A stretch of DNA of 27,591 nucleotides, taken from the UHGV virus genome UHGV-0217794; one strand, given 5' to 3'. The notes below the pieces were generated by a model. It did not search any database and was not told the origin of the DNA. It was given only the letters and a program-made list of their open reading frames with translations. Position 1 is the first letter of the stretch, and every line of letters starts with the position of its first letter. The DNA comes from a virus. Of this stretch, positions 24,594-27,591 are shown piece by piece. Both the position numbers and the translations under genes were made by a program.

Positions 24594-24922
24594 TGGAGAC
24601 GTTTCACTGGAAAGTGCGCCCGGATATGAATGTGGTATCAGAGCCGAAAGTGGTGACAGTGAAGCTGGGCGATGGTTATGAACAGCGTCGTGCGGCGGGA
24701 CTGAATAACCAGTTGTCGACTTACAGCGTGACGATACGTGTTCGTAAATGTGAACACCCATCTTTAAAAGCCTTTCTGGAACGGCACGGTGGCGTCCGCG
24801 CATTTCAGTGGACGCCACCTTATGACTGGAGGCCGATCAGGGTGGTTTGTCGTAAATGGTCGGCAAGCGTGGGGGCGCTGTGGGTAACCATAACGGCAGA
24901 TTTTGAACAGGTCGTGGCATAG
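24593..24922 (+). CDS. minor tail protein M (lambda gpM-like)
   Basis: 109 aa; METFHWKVRPDM ... GDGYEQR ... ERHGG ... WTPPYDWRPIRVVC ... DFEQVV parallels lambda M. Confidence 0.9.
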   Translation: METFHWKVRPDMNVVSEPKVVTVKLGDGYEQRRAAGLNNQLSTYSVTIRVRKCEHPSLKAFLERHGGVRAFQWTPPYDWRPIRVVCRKWSASVGALWVTITADFEQVVA

Positions 24923-24931
24923 GAGGCCCTG

Positions 24932-25630
24932 ATGCAGGATATTCCACAGGAAACACATCATGAGACGACACGCCTTACTCAGTCAGCCCTGGTGGTGCTC
25001 TGGGAAATCGATCTGACAGAGGTCGGTGGTGAACGTTATTTTTTCTGTAATGAGCAGAACGAAAAAGGTGAGCCGGTCACCTGGCAGGGGCGGCAGTATC
25101 AGGCATACCCCATTCAGGGGACGGGATTTGAACTGAACGGTAAGGGCAGTGCTGCCCGTCCGACACTGACGGTCTCTAACCTGCACGGCATGGTCACCGG
25201 GATGGCGGAAGACCTGCAGAGTCTGGTCGGCGGAACGGTGGTCAGGCGTAAGGTTTACGCCCGTTTTCTGGATGCGGTGAACTTCGTCAACGGAAACAGC
25301 GACGCCGATCCGGAGCAGGAGGTGATCAGCCGCTGGCGCATCGAGCAGTGCAGCGAACTGAGTGCGGTCAGTGCCTCCTTTGTGCTCTCCACACCGACGG
25401 AAACGGATGGTGCTGTTTTTCCGGGGCGCATCATGCTGGCCAACACCTGCACCTGGACCTATCGCGGTGATGAGTGCGGTTATCATGGTCCGGCTGTCGC
25501 GGATGAATATGACCAGCCGACGTCCGATATCACGAAGGATAAATGCAGCAAATGCCTGAGCGGCTGTAAGTTTCGCAATAACGTCGGCAACTTTGGCGGC
25601 TTCCTTTCCATTAACAAACTTTCGCAGTAA
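24932..25630 (+). CDS. minor tail protein L (lambda gpL-like)
   Basis: 232 aa, lambda-L-sized, with C-terminal Cys cluster (CSKCLSGCKFRNN); AGGAGG RBS. Confidence 0.9.
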   Translation: MQDIPQETHHETTRLTQSALVVLWEIDLTEVGGERYFFCNEQNEKGEPVTWQGRQYQAYPIQGTGFELNGKGSAARPTLTVSNLHGMVTGMAEDLQSLVGGTVVRRKVYARFLDAVNFVNGNSDADPEQEVISRWRIEQCSELSAVSASFVLSTPTETDGAVFPGRIMLANTCTWTYRGDECGYHGPAVADEYDQPTSDITKDKCSKCLSGCKFRNNVGNFGGFLSINKLSQ

Positions 25631-25634
25631 TCCC

Positions 25635-26378
25635 ATGACACAGACAGAATCAGCGATTCTGGCGCACGCCCGGCGATGTGCGCCAGCGGAGTCGTGCGGC
25701 TTCGTGGTGAGAACGCCGGAAGGGGAAAGATATTTTCCCTGCGTGAATATCTCCGGTGAGCCGGAGGCGTATTTCCGGATGTCGCCGGAGGACTGGCTGC
25801 GGGCAGAGATGCAGGGTGAGATTGTGGCGCTGGTCCACAGCCACCCCGGTGGTCTGCCCTGGCTGAGTGAGGCTGACAGGCGGCTGCAGGTGCAGAGCGA
25901 TTTGCCTTGGTGGCTGGTCTGCCGGGGTGAGATTCATAAGTTCCGCTGTGTGCCGCATCTTACCGGGCGGCGCTTTGAGCACGGGGTGACGGACTGTTAC
26001 ACGCTGTTCCGGGATGCTTATCATCTGGCGGGGATTGAGATGCCGGACTTTCATCGTGAGGATGACTGGTGGTGTAACGGCCAGAATCTCTATCTGGATA
26101 ATCTGGAGGCCACAGGGCTGTATCAGGTGCCGTTGTCAGCGGCGCAGCCGGGCGATGTGCTGCTGTGCTGTTTTGGTTCATCGGTGCCGAATCATGCCGC
26201 CATTTACTGCGGCGACGGTGAGCTGTTGCACCATATTCCTGAACAACTGAGCAAACGAGAGAGGTATACCGACAAATGGCAGCGACGCACACACTCCCTC
26301 TGGCGTCACCGGGCATGGCACGCATCTGCCTTTACGGGGATTTACAACGATTTGGCCGCCGCATCGACCTTCGTGTAA
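25635..26378 (+). CDS. tail assembly protein K (lambda gpK-like)
   Basis: MTQTESAILAHARRCAPAESCGFVV ... HSHPGG ... essentially collinear and near-identical with lambda K as I recall it. Confidence 0.92.
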   Translation: MTQTESAILAHARRCAPAESCGFVVRTPEGERYFPCVNISGEPEAYFRMSPEDWLRAEMQGEIVALVHSHPGGLPWLSEADRRLQVQSDLPWWLVCRGEIHKFRCVPHLTGRRFEHGVTDCYTLFRDAYHLAGIEMPDFHREDDWWCNGQNLYLDNLEATGLYQVPLSAAQPGDVLLCCFGSSVPNHAAIYCGDGELLHHIPEQLSKRERYTDKWQRRTHSLWRHRAWHASAFTGIYNDLAAASTFV

Positions 26379-26923
26379 AAACGGGGGCTGAAGCCATCCG
26401 GGCGTTGTCCACACAGCTCCCGGCGTTTCGTCAGAAACTGAATGACGGCTGGTATCAGGTGCGCATTGCCGGGCGTGATGCAGGTGAAACCGAATTATCT
26501 GCCCGTCTTAATGAGCCGCTGGCAAATGGTGCCGTGATCCACATCGTGCCGCGTCTGGCGGGAGCTAAAAGTGGCGGTGTGTTTCAGGTGGTGCTGGGGG
26601 CGGCGCTGATTGCGGTGGCATGGTGGAACCCTGTGGGCTGGCTGGGTGCCGCGGCTGTATCGGGCATGTATGCGGCAGGGGCCAGTATGATCCTGGGTGG
26701 TGTGGCCCAGATGCTGGCACCGAAAGCCCGGACGCCCACAGCGACCAGCACGGATAACGGTAAGCAGAACACCTATTTCTCATCACTGGATAACATGGTT
26801 GCCCAGGGCAATGTTCTGCCTGTTCTGTACGGTGAAATGCGCGTGGGGTCGCGGGTGGCTTCTCAGGAGATCAGCACGGCAGACGAGGGGGACGGTGGTC
26901 AGGTTGTGGTGATTGGTCGTTGA
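26276..26923 (+). CDS. tail assembly protein I (lambda gpI-like)
   Basis: MAATHTLPLASPGMARICLYGDLQRFGRRIDL ... NGKQNTYFSSLDNMVAQGNVLPVLYGEMRVGSRV matches lambda I; overlaps the K 3' end as in lambda. Confidence 0.92.
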   Translation: MAATHTLPLASPGMARICLYGDLQRFGRRIDLRVKTGAEAIRALSTQLPAFRQKLNDGWYQVRIAGRDAGETELSARLNEPLANGAVIHIVPRLAGAKSGGVFQVVLGAALIAVAWWNPVGWLGAAAVSGMYAAGASMILGGVAQMLAPKARTPTATSTDNGKQNTYFSSLDNMVAQGNVLPVLYGEMRVGSRVASQEISTADEGDGGQVVVIGR

Positions 26924-26941
26924 TGAAAAACGTTTTATGTG

Positions 26942-26968
26942 AAACCGCCTCAGGGCGGTTTTGTCGTT
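26942..26968 (+). terminator. hairpin AAACCGCC-tcag-GGCGGTTT with U-rich tail between I and J (possible attenuator)
   Basis: 8-bp perfect stem read directly; the T-tract is interrupted (TTTTGTCGTTTC). Confidence 0.35.
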
Positions 26969-26983
26969 TCTGGAGCGTGAGGA

Positions 26984-27591
26984 ATGGGTAAAGGCAGCAG
27001 TAAGGGGCATACCCCGCGCGAAGCGAAGGACAACCTGAAATCATCCCAGATGCTGAGCGTGATAGACGCCATCAGTGAAGGGCCGATTGAAGGTCCGGTG
27101 GACGGATTAAAAAGTGTGCTGCTGAACAGTACGCCGGTGCTGGACAGTGAGGGGAATACCAATATCTCCGGTGTCACGGTGGTGTTCCGGGCAGGTGAGC
27201 AGGAGCAGACACCGCCGGAGGGATTTGAATCCTCCGGCTCCGAGACGGTGCTGGGTACGGAAGTGAAGTACGACACGCCGATTACCCGGACCATCACGTC
27301 TGCAAACATCGACCGTCTGCGCTTTACCTTCGGTGTGCAGGCACTGGTGGAAACCACCTCAAAGGGGGACCGGAATCCGTCGGAAGTCCGCCTGCTGGTT
27401 CAGATACAGCGTAACGGTGGCTGGGTGACGGAAAAAGAGATCACCATTAAAGGCAAAACCACCTCGCAGTATCTGGCCTCGGTGGTGGTGGATAACCTGC
27501 CGCCGCGCCCGTTTAATATCCGGATGCGCAGGATGACGCCGGACAGCACCACAGACCAGCTGCAGAACAAAACGCTCTGGTCGTCATACAC
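26984..27591 (+). CDS. tail tip / host specificity protein J (lambda gpJ-like), N-terminal part only; continues beyond window
   Basis: MGKGSSKGHTPREAKDNLKS ... LSVIDAISEGPIEGPVDGLKSVLLNSTPVLD matches the lambda J N-terminus; GAGGA RBS; no stop before the window end. Confidence 0.92.
   Translation, partial: MGKGSSKGHTPREAKDNLKSSQMLSVIDAISEGPIEGPVDGLKSVLLNSTPVLDSEGNTNISGVTVVFRAGEQEQTPPEGFESSGSETVLGTEVKYDTPITRTITSANIDRLRFTFGVQALVETTSKGDRNPSEVRLLVQIQRNGGWVTEKEITIKGKTTSQYLASVVVDNLPPRPFNIRMRRMTPDSTTDQLQNKTLWSSY

Larger units (their letters stand above)
1..27591. mobile_element. lambdoid prophage, internal segment (immunity region through tail gene J; attachment sites and integrase not in window)
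   Basis: Canonical lambdoid gene order (repressor/cro-like, replication, RusA, Q, lysis, terminase, portal, capsid, tail genes) read from the translations. Confidence 0.9.

Noticed and set aside
1-27591. Integrase, attL/attR or insertion sequences
   Set aside because: No tyrosine/serine recombinase-like or transposase-like ORF and no terminal inverted repeats were found; the prophage ends appear to lie outside this window.

Overview
This window is an internal ~27.6 kb slice of a lambdoid enterobacterial prophage, with both prophage ends outside the window. All homology calls are from reading the translations and recalling reference proteins; no database search was run. Gene order on the + strand: a DicA/DicC-type immunity switch (Qin-like) with two identical-half-site operators; a replication initiator with an iteron-type origin embedded in it; small nin-like genes; a DUF968/YdfU-like protein; RusA; a Q-family antiterminator with a short promoter-terminator unit; two phage tRNAs (Ile2-CAU, Arg-UCU); an AT-rich moron locus; a phage-21-type lysis cassette (S21 pinholin, SAR endolysin, Rz/Rz1) with extra inserted genes; a reverse-strand moron at the bor-equivalent position; a cos-like site; then terminase, portal, a protease-scaffold-capsid fusion and lambda-type tail genes Z, U, V, G/G-T, H, M, L, K, I and the start of J. 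The strongest candidate for an undescribed system is a pair of paralogous lipoproteins whose C-termini resemble TolA domain III, with their own promoter and terminator, sitting where Shiga-toxin phages carry stxAB. Secondary candidates are the reverse-strand moron at 11258-11662 and the inserted genes inside the lysis cassette.
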